A DNA stretch of 64,000 nt from Octopus bimaculoides (GCF_001194135.2 NC_068990.1:33053601-33117600), one strand, 5' to 3'; positions 1 to 12,571 are shown, counted from the stretch's first letter. Notes: generated from the sequence alone by a model not told the origin. Numbers and translations: made by a program.

Positions 1-329
1 ATTTACCACTTTGAGTGCTTCATGAATATTGTGAAACAGTAATGTACTGAATGGTTTTTCTTAGCATCTATGGTTTTGTAAATAGGTGTTATATTATTTT
101 GTATCAGGACCAGAAGCTATAACCAGTGTATTAGAATAATATTGGAGTAATGATATACGCTGACTAGATGCAAACTAGCTGCAGATACAGATTTGATAAG
201 AAGAGCGGCTTGAAAATATTGACAGGATTAAGCACAATCTTTATTGTCAGCTAACTTAAATAGCATGTAAATAAATGTTTATTTGATAGGAACAGATGCA
301 GATATGTGCTATCTAGATATGGATGAAGT

Positions 330-545
330 TTGACTGGAGAGAATGTTAGAGAAAAATGACAGAGAGGGAAAGAGGTAGAGTGAGAATGTGAAAGATAAGT
401 TGAGAGAGAGAGAATGGCAGTAAGAGAGAGAGAATGGCAGTAAGAGAGAGAGGGAGAGAGAGAGAATGACAGTAAAAGAGAGAGGGAGTGAGAGAGAAAG
501 AAAGAGAGGTTGAGAGGGGAAGAGTGAGATAGAAAGAGAGAGAGA
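330..545. repeat. GA-rich microsatellite / low-complexity tract
   Basis: (GA)n with repeated gagagagagaatggcagtaa units; it explains ORFs 251-658 and 309-593. Confidence 0.9.
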
Positions 546-1079
546 GAAGTTAATCCACAAGTCAACCCAATCAATGTTGACCATGTTAAACATGAGATGC
601 TGACTTTATAATGCTTAAAAATTTGACAATATAAAAGGCAGTAAGTAAATGTTGACAATATGTAATGACATTGTCAGTAACAGTATGGGTTTGACACTTT
701 GCATGCATCTCAAGTAGTTCCACATCACAGCATTTCTGTGCTTTTAGAAGTTATTTTGAAATGATAGTTCCCTTTTGTAGTGCTGCTGGGTCAGGAATTA
801 CTGGAAGTTATTCAAAGTAGTCCATTACTTGAAAGTCCTCTGAAACAGACCAACGAGTTTGTCCTTGCCAATGTCTCGAGTTTCCTTGGGAATATCATTG
901 CTCTTACCAAACATTAGATATTTATATACTACTAGCAAAGAACTTCCATGATATATATTTAACTGTTAGAGGTGTTGAATGGTTGATACTATTTCTGTTG
1001 GCAAGCTTCTGATCTTGGTCTTTTCTTTATCTAGAACTGCAGCAACAGAAAATGAGATTACACCTGCAGCAACAGAGAT

Positions 1080-1385
1080 CACACCTGCTTACCATTAAGG
1101 AAAAATGGCATGTGTTTGCATATCAGCATCCACAGAATGCAGAGCCCACCTGCCATAATATAACAACATAGGATGTGGCAATTAAAAACCCAAACCACCC
1201 CTGTTCTTTTGTGTGCCCTGGGGAGTGACCAAGAAAGGTACTGACAAATTTTTTGACCAGATCCCAGGGAAACCAACAATCTATGAAGTTCAAAAAATTG
1301 TGCTGACATCAACCACTCACCTTCTTGAGAAGTTTCTCTCCATCTAATACACATGTGCCTTAGGCCTCTAAGAATCAGCTGGAAG
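1080..1385 (-). mobile_element. Possible decayed Tx1/L1-like LINE fragment
   Basis: LRGLRHMC/VLDGEK… resembles ALRL*HLKCFLDGEH in the Tx1-like copy at 39190-40235; heavily degraded. Confidence 0.3.
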
Positions 1386-2169
1386 TTGATAATGATGACA
1401 GAGGCGGTGGTGGTGATGGTGATGATAATGACAACTGAGGAATTTAAAATTTGTAAAAAAAAAAAAGAAAAAACATATTCAAAAAGCACTTCAGTTTTGA
1501 CCAACCTGTTATGCAATTTTCAAGCACAGTGTATCTAGGAGTACATTCTCCAATGTATTCTTTTCCTGTTACGATGGTGGAGATGTAGTTTGAGGGAGAT
1601 AAGGGTGCTATTTCTAGCTGCCTAATTAAACCCGTAGAATGATTGATATTATGGGCAGATATGGAAAGCTGTAAAAAAAAAAAAAAAAAAAAATCAACGT
1701 TGCTTCAATAATTTTTCATTTTACACCTCCAGACATTTTTACCAGGATAAGGTTAGATGAAATCATAGCATGGCAAGCAGATTTGGTAAAAAAGAAGAAA
1801 AATTAAGTAAAATTCCTTAACTTAGAAAAGAATTGGTGTGTTGGGATTTCAGCTGGATTGTTACAATATGAATTATTAATGATCTGAGATTTGTGATAAA
1901 TTATATTAAGCGGGGATGTTGTTACTTGTAAATCAAGTAGCATGCTAGAGATTATAGCGGAAGATGATCTTTATCTTGCTTGCTGTTGTTGTTGTTGCTA
2001 TTGTGTGTTGTTGTTGTTATTGTGTGTTGTTGTTGTTGTTAAAATTTGTTTATTTCTTCATTCTCTCCCTTTCACCCTTCTCCTTCCACCATCTCACCGT
2101 TTCCCTTTGATGAATTCATATCAAGCATCCTCTGTAAAGAACTGCAATAAATACTCAGAATGTTTTACA

Positions 2170-2516
2170 CACTACTACTACTACCACCACCACCATCACC
2201 ACCACTGTACTACTACTGCTACTATCACCACCAACTCCACTACCTCCTTTAACAATATCTTGTCATGAATAAATCTACTACTACTACTATTACTACCACC
2301 ATCACCACCACCACCACCACTACCACCACAATGACCACTACCATAACCAGTACCACCACTTCTAATACTACCATTACCTCTTTTAGCAATATTTTGTCAT
2401 TGTGACTACTACTACTACTACTACCATCGCCACAATGACCACCATCATCACCTTTACTACCACTACTACTGCCCATACTACCACCTTCAACAATCTTGTG
2501 ACATTATGAACAAATT

Positions 2517-2548
<32 letters not shown>

Positions 2549-2735
2549 TTACTACTGCTGCTGCTGCTGCTACTACTGCCATTGCTCTTCATACCTCCAT
2601 CACAACCACTACAACAACCATTATTAAAACCATAACTAAAAGTGCTGCTAGAGCTCTCATTACAACCATCACTACCAGCACCACTATGATGGAACCATTA
2701 TTACCACCCCCGCCCAACCATGGCCACCACTAATA
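2170..2735. repeat. Compound (ACT/ACC)n microsatellite with higher-order repeat
   Basis: Triplet tracts separated by three similar spacers (cctttaacaatatcttgtcatgaataaatctac-like). Confidence 0.85.
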
Positions 2736-3269
2736 AAAACGGCAACGTCATGTATTTTTGATTGCCTTTATGATGGGTGCTGGAAAAAAAACTCAGTGAG
2801 ATGGTATGGCTCATTCCAGCAATGTGGACCAAATTGTAGAGTTAAGTTTACCATCCACAGATGGGAATGTTTCTGCCGACAGGCTTCCACACAGTTTCCA
2901 TTTACAAAATTTTAGTTGCAAGCCCTTGATCAGCCCAAGTAGAAGTAGCAAACTGAATTTTGTAAGCACATAACCATGCAGAGGTTATGGTTTAGTTCAG
3001 GTATGGGCAACAATTTCAATGAAGTGGGCCAAAAGGGCCATAGCTCAGCCCCAGCTGGAGTGTACCACTAAAAATGTCAGGGTATTTTTTTGTTAGGTGC
3101 GCCATTCAAAAGGCCCCATGGGCTGCTGCAGTTCACCTATGACTGGTTTAGTTAGTTCCGCAGACCCTGGGTATACATATTGATTTGTAGACAGAGGACA
3201 GAGATATGTGGTGCATTGCTATGCTCAAGAAGACCTACCCACCACATTAAAATCAAGATCTCAAAACCA

Positions 3270-3525
3270 AGGTGCCATGTAAAAAGTATTGATGTGGGTG
3301 CTGGTGCTACTTAAAAAGCACTGGTGGTGGTGGTGGTACCACATAAAAAGCACCTAGTACACTCTATAAAGTGGTTGGCATTGGGAAGCATATCCAGTTG
3401 TAGAAACCAAGCTATAACAGACTGTGGAACCTAGTGTATCCCGCTGATCTTGCCACTTCCTGTCGAGCCACCCAACCCATGCCAGCATGGAAAATAGACG
3501 TTAAATCTTGATGATAGCCATCGTC
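3270..3525 (+). mobile_element. RTE LINE 3' UTR fragment (family C)
   Basis: aaaaagcacc…ggttggcatt…cagttgtagaaac…cccatgccagcatggaaaatagacgttaaa, then GAT-type tail; same family as 51100-51485. Confidence 0.75.
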
Positions 3526-4084
3526 AGTATCACTGCTACCATCATTGTCAATACTGCTATAACCAGTTACCATCACCACCATTACCACCACCACTGCCAC
3601 CACTACCACCGCCACTCCTCCTCCTCCTTCTCCTCCTCCTACTACTACTAAACGAGTAACAGTCCCCAGTCAATTAAAACAAATTGTTTTAACTGTATGT
3701 CAGATGTTAGTGATATTTCAAGCCTTTTATTGTGAAACTAAATTTCATATTTATTCCACTAATATCAAATATCTACTAAAATATAAACTTAGCATTTTCT
3801 GAAAGACGAGTTGCCTCAACAAACTTGAGATATCTCAGCTGAAAATAATTTCAAACATAAAGTTCCCCAACAAAAGATAGATTGTTATGTAAAAATGCTT
3901 ACTGCAGTAAACGATAAATGAAATTTTGAGTGGATATAACTGATTTAAGCATTAAAAGGGCTAATCTCCTCCACTAATCAGCAGTTGCAGGTATGTACAT
4001 GCACATACATACATACATACTGACTGAATAAACTGTCAGGCAAAACATAAAGCTTCACTCAACATGAATTTTACAATAGATTCA

Positions 4085-4242
4085 ACTTTCTTTCAGTTTC
4101 CACTTACCAAACCCACTTGCAAAGTTTTGGCTGACCTGAAGCTAAAGCAGAAGACACTTTTCCAAGGTGGATAACAGTGTGACTGAACTTTAAACCACAT
4201 GGTTGGGAAGCAAACTTCACCACACAGCTATGCATGTGCCTG
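4085..4242 (-). mobile_element. tRNA-derived CORE-like SINE (family B), partial
   Basis: Reverse complement of the family B head and body (gaagacacttttccaagg; ccacatggttgggaagcaaac). Confidence 0.7.
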
Positions 4243-5348
4243 TTGCTGCAGGAAAACAGTTTTTAAAGATGTTGTGTGTGGACATAAATTTTAATCAATG
4301 GTAAAAGAAAAAAGAAAAAAAAAAAAAGAAAGACTTGCTTGTAATATAAAGTAATAATGATTATGAAAAATCTAAAGTTAAAATATTGGGAAAACATAAA
4401 TTTCTTTAGCATCTTTTGCATGAATATAGTTTGGAATTTCTGTGATATGCATAAATGAACTTTTACAAGAAATGGTTATCAATTCTTCTTTTAATCTCCC
4501 TTCTTTACTTTTATAATAATTCTATGAAATAAATTCCTTGAAATAAATCAACTCTCAGGACAGTAAAACAAGTCTTTCAATGAATTGCAGTTTTATATTT
4601 TGATTTTCTTTTCCCTACCAACGTTGCTTTACATTTTCCATTTCTAAACTTCTTAAAGAACAAACTGCCTGCTTGTTCACTGTTATATACCATTCATAGT
4701 GAGTGTGTGTATATATTAGTTAATACAATAGAAACAATTATTGGCTTTTTAGGGGAATTCCACAATAAAGATGTGATTTTCTCTGTATGCATTTTTTTCT
4801 TGTCAAATACTCTGAATTTCTTGAAATTCTTCTAAATGATATTTGGATTTACTTGTCATACATGAGGATTTACCTTAGATGTGTATTCTACTTACATTTA
4901 TTGGTGGCTGATTGTTGAATGTAGTTAAACAAACTCTTTGAAAACTGAGTGCTTTATTGATATCTGCCTGGATTTTTTAAAATACCCTTTTATCCTTTTA
5001 TATATATATATATATNNNNNNNNNNCAATGGCACAAATAAATTTATATTTTATGTAGAATGTCTTACAGCTGTTTCAGGGGATATTCAATGTATCCCTTC
5101 ATCGGAAACAGTAATAGTAGAAGTTGAGGATTATTAAATCTGTATGAGTAGATTTGCAGTAAGAAATGAGAGCGATGTGGAGAAGAAAACACAAAGAAGT
5201 ACGTAGAGCATAGTTCTATTCCAAAGGTAAATATCCATGTATAGAATCCGTGTGGGTATTTCCAGTTATAATTATAGTTATATTGGTAGATATATATCAT
5301 TTTGTATCCAGTTTACTGGATATATGTTAATAGTTATGGATATATATT

Positions 5349-5747
5349 AATAGTTATCGCCAACCCATCATGGCAGTCCAGAAAAATAGGATGAATGCTG
5401 CTGTTGATTAGCTCCAAGAGGCCATCGCCTCTAGCTAGCTATGTGACACACAAACCTGTGTCCATTATAACCTTTGAACAGGGGAGGTCAGCCGCTTCCC
5501 ATTGCTGGTCTGGCATCTACAGACTAGTTTCACGGTATTGGTCCCTTATCAATGTAGAGCAGCCGAACCAAGCAGGTGTCACTTCTGACCGTCTGTTTGA
5601 AGGATTATTTACCTAAATTCAGTGGAATACATCCACTGGTTTTCAAAAATAGAAATATTAATATTTCTAACTCTCTCTAAAGGAGACAACGGCAGCGGCA
5701 CTGGATATCAATAGTTATCGCCAAGCTAATATGGCAGTACAGAAAAA
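5349..5747 (-). mobile_element. 361-bp terminally redundant element with hammerhead-like motif (retrozyme / Penelope pLTR-like)
   Basis: Direct repeats 5349-5386 and 5710-5747 (33/38 identical). Minus-strand 5558-5516 reads tctaca ttgataa gggaccaataccgt gaaac ta gtc tgtaga. Confidence 0.55.
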
Positions 5748-5788
5748 AATATATATATATAGATAGATAGATATATAGACAGACAGAC

Positions 5789-5837
<49 letters not shown>

Positions 5838-6007
5838 CATACATACATACATACATACATACATTCAGACATACATATTGGCTGAAACTGCTGGGATTTT
5901 CTGGTTTCTTGACTGAGGAGAGATTGCTGCGAATGACCTGTTCTTTGTTGTTCTTGCCTGTTTTTTTATCATTTATCTGTCTGGGTGTTTTATTGCTGCT
6001 TTTGGAG

Positions 6008-6046
<39 letters not shown>

Positions 6047-6489
6047 TATATACAGGGTTGGCCAAAAGTCATCTGACAGTATATCAAAACCATTTAATTC
6101 AAAGATTAAAACAAAAATTTATTTTATATGAGACTTCTCGAATACATANNNNNNNNNNNNNNNNNNNNNNNNNNNNNNNNNNNNNNNNNNNNNNNNNNNN
6201 NNNNNNNNNNNNNNNNNNNNNNNNNNNNNNNNNNNNNNNNNNNNNNNNNNNNNNNNNNNNNNNNNNNNNNNNNNNNNNNNNNNNNNNNNNNNNNNNNNNN
6301 NNNNNNNNNNNNNNNNNNNNNNNNNNNNNNNNNNNNNNNNNNNNNNNNNNNNNNNNNNNNNNNNNNNNNNNNNNNNNNNNNNNNNNNNNNNNNNNNNNNN
6401 NNNNNNNNNNNNNNNNNCATAATTGGAATGAATAAATAAAATTGAATATTAAGTATTTATGGAATTTTGATTTACTGTCGGGTGACTTT

Positions 6490-6528
<39 letters not shown>

Positions 6529-6769
6529 ACTTGGAAAAGGATGAGTGGCATTTGATCATATAATAATATAAATAAAATATAAATATATGCATACATCCAT
6601 ACATATATGAGTACAGGATATATATAGATGTGATGGATTATCCTGTCGTTAGATGATGTATGAGGGTTCAGTAATTTATTATAGAACAACCATACAGATG
6701 ATTTGTTTATAGTGGTCAAATGTTTGTGCAAACATAAGCTCACTCCCTCCATTAGATTGACATTACCTG

Positions 6770-6926
6770 TATAGGTGCAGTGGGTGCCACATGTCAGATG
6801 TTGAAAGGATCACAGAGCAATGTAAACTGAAGTGCTTTGCTCAAGAACACAACACAACACCTGGTCTGGGAATTGAACCCACGATCATGAGTGCAACACC
6901 TGAACCACTAAGTCATGTGCCTTCAC
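6770..6926 (-). mobile_element. tRNA-derived SINE 5' portion
   Basis: The reverse complement has an A-box (gacttagtggttcagg), a B-box (gggttcaattcc) and gtgttcttgagcaaagcac; same family as 54290-54490. Confidence 0.7.
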
Positions 6927-7250
6927 AAGCACATGGTTTATTACACAGACACACAATGTGTGTGTGCGCGCAATAATTAATATATTGATGGCTAGTACGC
7001 GACAGTAACCAATAAACCCCAAATTTTGTTTCTGCCACTTCATCTAGTTAATTGTTTTCCTCTAGACTGTCCTTCTAATTATTATAATCATTAACTTATT
7101 GAATTAGATACAAATTTCTACTTAATGATCAATTCATTATGCTTCTTCATTAAATTTATATTGTTTCACTTGTCTCTGAATATACACATGCATGTGAGAG
7201 AACTGGTCAACCAAGTGAGTCAAGCATCTATATATATGTGTGTGTGTACA

Positions 7251-7288
<38 letters not shown>

Positions 7289-8076
7289 NNNNNNNNNNNN
7301 NNNNNNNNNNNNNNNNNNNNNNNNNNNNNNNNNNNNNNNNNNNNNNNNNNNNNNNNNNNNNNNNNNNNNNNNNNNNNNNNNNNNNNNNNNNNNNNNNNNN
7401 NNNNNNNNNNNNNNNNNNNNNNNNNNNNNNNNNNNNNNNNNNNNNNNNNNNNNNNNNNNNNNNNNNNNNNNNNNNNNNNNNNNNNNNNNNNNNNNNNNNN
7501 NNNNNNNNNNNNNNNNNNNNNNNNNNNNNNNNNNNNNNNNNNNNNNNNNNNNNNNNNNNNNNNNNNNNNNNNNNNNNNNNNNNNNNNNNNNNNNNNNNNN
7601 NNNNNNNNNNNNNNNNNNNNNNNNNNNNNNNNNNNNNNNNNNNNNNNNNNNNNNNNNNNNNNNNNNNNNNNNNNNNNNNNNNNNNNNNNNNNNNNNNNNN
7701 NNNNNNNNNNNNNNNNNNNNNNNNNNNNNNNNNNNNNNNNNNNNNNNNNNNNNNNNNNNNNNNNNNNNNNNNNNNNNNNNNNNNNNNNNNNNNNNNNNNN
7801 NNNNNNNNNNNNNNNNNNNNNNNNNNNNNNNNNNNNNNNNNNNNNNNNNNNNNNNNNNNNNNNNNNNNNNNNNNNNNNNNNNNNNNNNNNNNNNNNNNNN
7901 NNNNNNNNNNNNNNNNNNNNNNNNNNNNNNNNNNNNNNNNNNNNNNNNNNNNNNNNNNNNNNNNNNNNNNNNNNNNNNNNNNNNNNNNNNNNNNNNNNNN
8001 NNNNNNNNNNNNNNNNNNNNNNNNNNNNNNNNNNNNNNNNNNNNNNNNNNNNNNNNNNNNNNNNNNNNNNNNNNNN
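7289..8076. other. Assembly gap (largest of nine)
   Basis: Other gaps: 5016-5025, 6149-6417, 11944-12133, 17440-17449, 30708-31044, 31886-32043, 47727-47836, 50002-50210. Most abut (AT)n. Confidence 0.99.
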
Positions 8077-8398
8077 CAAGAACCTGTCCAGGGGCACTGG
8101 CAACGATCTTACTTGGCTTGCCGGGTCTTCTCACGCACAGCACATTTCCAAAGGTCTCGGTTAGTAGTCATCGCCTCGGTGAGGCCCAATGTACGAAGGT
8201 CTTGCCTCACCACCTCAGCCCAGGTCTTCCTGGGCCTACCTCTTCCACGGATTCCCTCAAATGTTAGGGTGTGGCACTTTTTCACGCAGCTATCCTCATC
8301 CATTCTCACCACATGTCCATACCAGCGCAATCGTCTCTCTTGCACGCCACAACTGATGCTTCTAATGTTCAGCTTTTCTCTCAAGATACTTACACTCT
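8077..8398 (-). mobile_element. RTE-clade LINE ORF C-terminus (truncated by gap)
   Basis: LNIRSISCGVQERRLRWYGHVVRMDEDSCVKKCHTLTFEGIRGRGRPRKTW…DL…NRDLWK is the typical RTE RT C-terminal motif (RLRWxGHVxRM…RGRPRKTW). Confidence 0.9.
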
Positions 8399-8528
8399 GA
8401 TATATATGTATGTATGTATGTTTGTGTGTATATGAATTTGTGTTTGCAAACAAATGAAAATGTAGATCATTAGAATCAAAATCTTAATAGCCAGTCTCAT
8501 ATTTCATATGTATATGCATACATACATA

Positions 8529-9451
8529 TGAGTGATTACCCAAAAGAAATTGGAATTTTGCTCTATAATTTTATTCACTTAGTTTCACATATTTACACTT
8601 TTATCACCTTCAAAGTAATCTCCATTTAAAGTGATGCATCAATCCAGATGCATTTTCCACTGTTCGAAGTAGGCCTAGATCTCTTTTAATGCCTACATTG
8701 TTTTTTTCTTCACCTCTTCCACATCTGCAAAACGTTTTTCTTTAAGGACTTTTTAATTCAGCGGGAACAAGAAAAAGTTGCAGGGTGCAAGTTCAGGGAA
8801 TAAGGAGGGTGGTTAAACGGGGTCATGTCATTTTCTGGTAAAAGACTATCACACACTCGAGGTGGTGTGTGCAGGCACATTGTTGTGATGAAACCACTAC
8901 TCTCTACTTTGCCCCATGTCAGGACTTTTTTGTCTTACCATGTATCAGAAAAGCTTCAGAACTGCCAAGTAAAATCTTAACAGTTTGACCAAGAGGAACA
9001 AATACTGTGTGAGCAATTCTTTTTGTGCTGATGAAACAAATCAGCATTGTCTTGACATTGAACTTCACTTGATGTACGTTTTGGGAATGTGGTGACATTG
9101 AATGCTTCCACTGACTTGATTGCTGCTTCATTTCTGGGTTGTAGCCATAGCACCAGCTTTCATCACTGGTGATGACCTTTGAAAAAAGGTCACGATCAAC
9201 TTCCAACTGTTCTTTCAGTTCATGACACACATTCAGTCATGACTGTTTTTGATTTTCCATGAACAGGTGAGGCACAAATTTTGCTGCAACTTTCATTTGC
9301 AATTCCTCACTCAAAATTTGTTGTCAGGAGCTTCAGCATACACCAGTCATATCAAAAAGTTCATCAATTGTTCAGTGATGTTCCTCTAAGTTCAGTTCAT
9401 TAATTTTTGAACTACAGAGAATGTATCTGGTGACTTTTGGGTACTCCATCG
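8529..9451 (-). mobile_element. Internally deleted mariner (DD34D-type) transposon
   Basis: Transposase remnant …LFSKVITSDESWCYGYNPEMKQQSSQWKH…KTMLICF. Degenerate TIRs tgagtgattacccaaaag and cttttgggtactccatcg; TA at 8527-8528 and 9452-9453. Confidence 0.88.
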
Positions 9452-9458
9452 TACATAT

Positions 9459-9634
9459 CCTTTTATTCTTTTACATGTTTCAGTCATCTGACTGTGGCCA
9501 TGCTGAAGCACCACCTTTAGTCGAACAAATCAACTCCAGGACTTATTCTTTGTAAGCCTAGTACTTATTCTATTATTCTCTTTTGCCAAACTGCTAAGTG
9601 ACAGGGATGTAAATACACCAACATAGGTAGTCAT

Positions 9635-9684
<50 letters not shown>

Positions 9685-9812
9685 GACAGGCTTCTTTCAG
9701 TTTCCATCTACCAAATCCACTCACAAGGCTTTGGTCGGCCCAAGGCTATAGTAGAAGACACTTGCTCAAGGTGCCAAGCAGTGGGGCTGAACTGAGAACC
9801 ATGTGGTTGGGA
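9459..9812 (-). mobile_element. CORE-like SINE (family B) with internal (AC)/(AT) microsatellite
   Basis: Tail cttttattcttttacatgtttcagtcat…; body ccaaatccactcacaaggctttggtcggcccaaggctatagtagaagacacttg. Confidence 0.85.
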
Positions 9813-9815
9813 ATG

Positions 9816-10028
9816 CTTTCAAATTTTGGCACAAAGCCACCAATTTAGGGCAGAGGTTAATTTGATTCGACCGACCCCAGTGTTCAACTGGTATTTATTT
9901 TATTAAGTCTGAAAGGATGAAAGGAAAAGTTGACCTCAGCAGTATTTGAACTAAGTAGATAAAGACTGATGAAATGCCGATAAGCATTTTGCCAGGTGTG
10001 CTAATGATCCTGCCAGTATATTGCCTTA
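9816..10028 (-). mobile_element. tRNA-derived SINE (family A)
   Basis: gaccccagtgttcaactggt…ggatgaaaggaaaagttgacctc…tttgaact…taagcattttgcc…ctgccag, the reverse complement of 49790-50001. Confidence 0.85.
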
Positions 10029-10130
10029 ATATGTATATGTTTATTTATATTTGTTTTATATCAAGTTATATATAAAAACATGTTAAGATTGAACTGCAGA
10101 ATTACTCAAGACATTTTAGGTGAGTATGCA

Positions 10131-10258
10131 TTTATGAACACTTACATTTATGAACACTTACTTTTATGAACACTTACTTTTATGCACACTTACTTTTATG
10201 AACACTTACTTTTATGAACACTTTCATTTATGATCACTTACATTTATGAACACTTACA
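10131..10258. repeat. 16-bp minisatellite, 8 copies
   Basis: Unit tttatgaacacttac(a/t), starting every 16 bp from 10131 to 10243. Confidence 0.95.
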
Positions 10259-10456
10259 ACTTTGATTAAAGCAAGAGAGTTGAAACCTTAGAGTTTCTGT
10301 CAAGTTTTTCCATGAAAAGTTAATGTGTGTGCGTGTGTTCGTGTACAAATATATATGTAAGTGTGTGTGTGTTTGTGTATGCTTGTGTGAGTATATTCAC
10401 AGATACAAGCATATGGATACATACATACACACACACACACAAACACACACACACAG

Positions 10457-10518
<62 letters not shown>

Positions 10519-11404
10519 TTATATGTATGTATGTATGTATGTTATTGTATATAGTTTTGTATATAAAAGTGATAACTATCTAACATATGTAATATATACA
10601 TTGAAGTCTATCGCAACACTCTCCATTGCCTTACTCGATAATCAGAAATAAATTCCTTCTTAATTGAAGAAATTCAAGCAGAAAGAAAGAAGAATCAAAA
10701 GGAACCATATTTTAATTTGAAGTTTTCCAGATGATATGGCCATGGATCCAGATAAGAATGGTATAACCACTGCTATTATCTGAATCATTATCTAACTGAG
10801 AATAATATCAATCGATATTAGTAAGGGGTCTCTGTTTAAGCAGATAATAGGGTCTTAATTAGACTATCAGAAAATAAGAACCTTGTACTGATTTGGCTGT
10901 TTCATTAAATTTGGCAGTCATCCATTTTAAATGAGAAAAGATTTTACATTTTCTATGTCACATCTAGCTCCCTTTTATTCCAATATCTTATAGATTTGAT
11001 TGGATAATGGGAAATTCCAATGAAGGACAGTGTTATACTGAGGAAATGACGATGGTGATACTAATGATAATTGTAATGATGATGATGATAATGATGGCGA
11101 TGGTGATGGTAATGATAACAATGATGCTGATGATAACAATAATGTCTCCTCCTCCTCCTTCGGCTCACACTATCGAAGTCAACATACCACAGACAGATAT
11201 TTAGGTGAAAGTATAATCTAAAATGGCTTATAATATGCTAAAGCTACTGATAGCAGAATTTTTATTTGTTAAACTGCTTTTACTGAAAGCTCAAAAAAAA
11301 AAACTGAGATTACCATTAGAAAGTAATTTAAAATCAAAACCAACTCATAGAAATAAGTCTAATGATACTACTAATAATAATACAAATAATTATTATTATT
11401 ATTA

Positions 11405-11620
11405 TAATGGTTTCACATTTTGCCACAAGGGTAGCAATTTGGGGAGAATGGATTAGTCGATTATATCAACCCTAGTACACAACTGATACTTATTTTATTG
11501 TCCCCGAAAGAATGAAAGGTAAAGTTGACCATGGTGGAATTAGAACTCAGAATGTAGTGATGGGCAAAATACTGCTAAGCATTTTACCCGGCATGCTAAT
11601 GAGCCTACCAGCTCACCACC
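11405..11620 (-). mobile_element. SINE family A flanked by triplet microsatellites
   Basis: Same reverse-complement signature; (TAT)n on the left, (CTA)n(AAT)n on the right. Confidence 0.85.
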
Positions 11621-11665
<45 letters not shown>

Positions 11666-11704
11666 ATAATAATAATAATAATAATAACAATAATATATTG
11701 CATA

Positions 11705-11860
11705 CAGGTGCAAGCATGGCTGTGTGGTTACGAAGCTCAATTTGCCACCACATGATTTTGTGTTCAGTTCCACTTCGTAGCACCTTGGGCAAGTGTCTTC
11801 AAGTATTGGGACAACCAATACCTTGCAAGTGAATTTGATAGATGGAAACTCTGTGGAAGC
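11705..11860 (+). mobile_element. SINE family B, 5' part
   Basis: ggtgcaagcatggctgtgtggtta…gttcagttccact…caccttgggcaagtgtcttc. Confidence 0.8.
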
Positions 11861-11866
11861 CCATGA

Positions 11867-11902
<36 letters not shown>

Positions 11903-12571
11903 GGAGAGAGAGAGAGATACATACATACATATATATATATATANNNNNNNNNNNNNNNNNNNNNNNNNNNNNNNNNNNNNNNNNNNNNNNNNNNNNNNNN
12001 NNNNNNNNNNNNNNNNNNNNNNNNNNNNNNNNNNNNNNNNNNNNNNNNNNNNNNNNNNNNNNNNNNNNNNNNNNNNNNNNNNNNNNNNNNNNNNNNNNNN
12101 NNNNNNNNNNNNNNNNNNNNNNNNNNNNNNNNNTATATATATATATATATATATATATAGGCACCAGATTTTAGAATTTGCACTGGGTGCGATTTGTTCA
12201 ACCAAAAACTTCATGGCTCTAATTCAATGATTGTAATGACTAAAAGAACAAAGGTAAGAGATATACAAAATATTCATTTATGTAGCAAAAAATACTATGA
12301 AGAAACATAATGAAATATGAAAGTAACTGACCACTTCAGTTATAGGATTCAATTGAATCTAGCCTCATCAAAACGTAAGAAGCCAGAAATGGCTAGGTGC
12401 AATAACATAAGTTTCACAGTGAGGTAAAACAACCATGAAGGCATCATATGTTGGTAGGATACTGAAGATATGCAAGTACCAAATTCAATTTAAACTGTAG
12501 ATTCGATTGAGGGATGGTTCTACTGAAGGATGGTGTGCATATAAAAAAGAACATAAATGGGTTTAAATGGG

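Noticed and set aside
5068-5140. Minus-strand cag|atttaat…ct|gtaaga in the right phase to follow the AGBL4 exon
   Set aside because: It encodes FNNPQLLLLL…, not the conserved FLGG…YTLEVSF segment.
6058-8400. ORFs of 100-390 aa spanning X runs (also near 11.7 kb, 30.5 kb, 32 kb, 47.5 kb and 50 kb)
   Set aside because: Artefacts of N-gaps and (AT)n flanks.
10131-10258. Regular short repeats (here, and at 24044-24232 and 42840-42985) considered as CRISPR-like arrays
   Set aside because: They are head-to-tail tandem repeats with no unique spacers, in a eukaryotic context with no cas genes.
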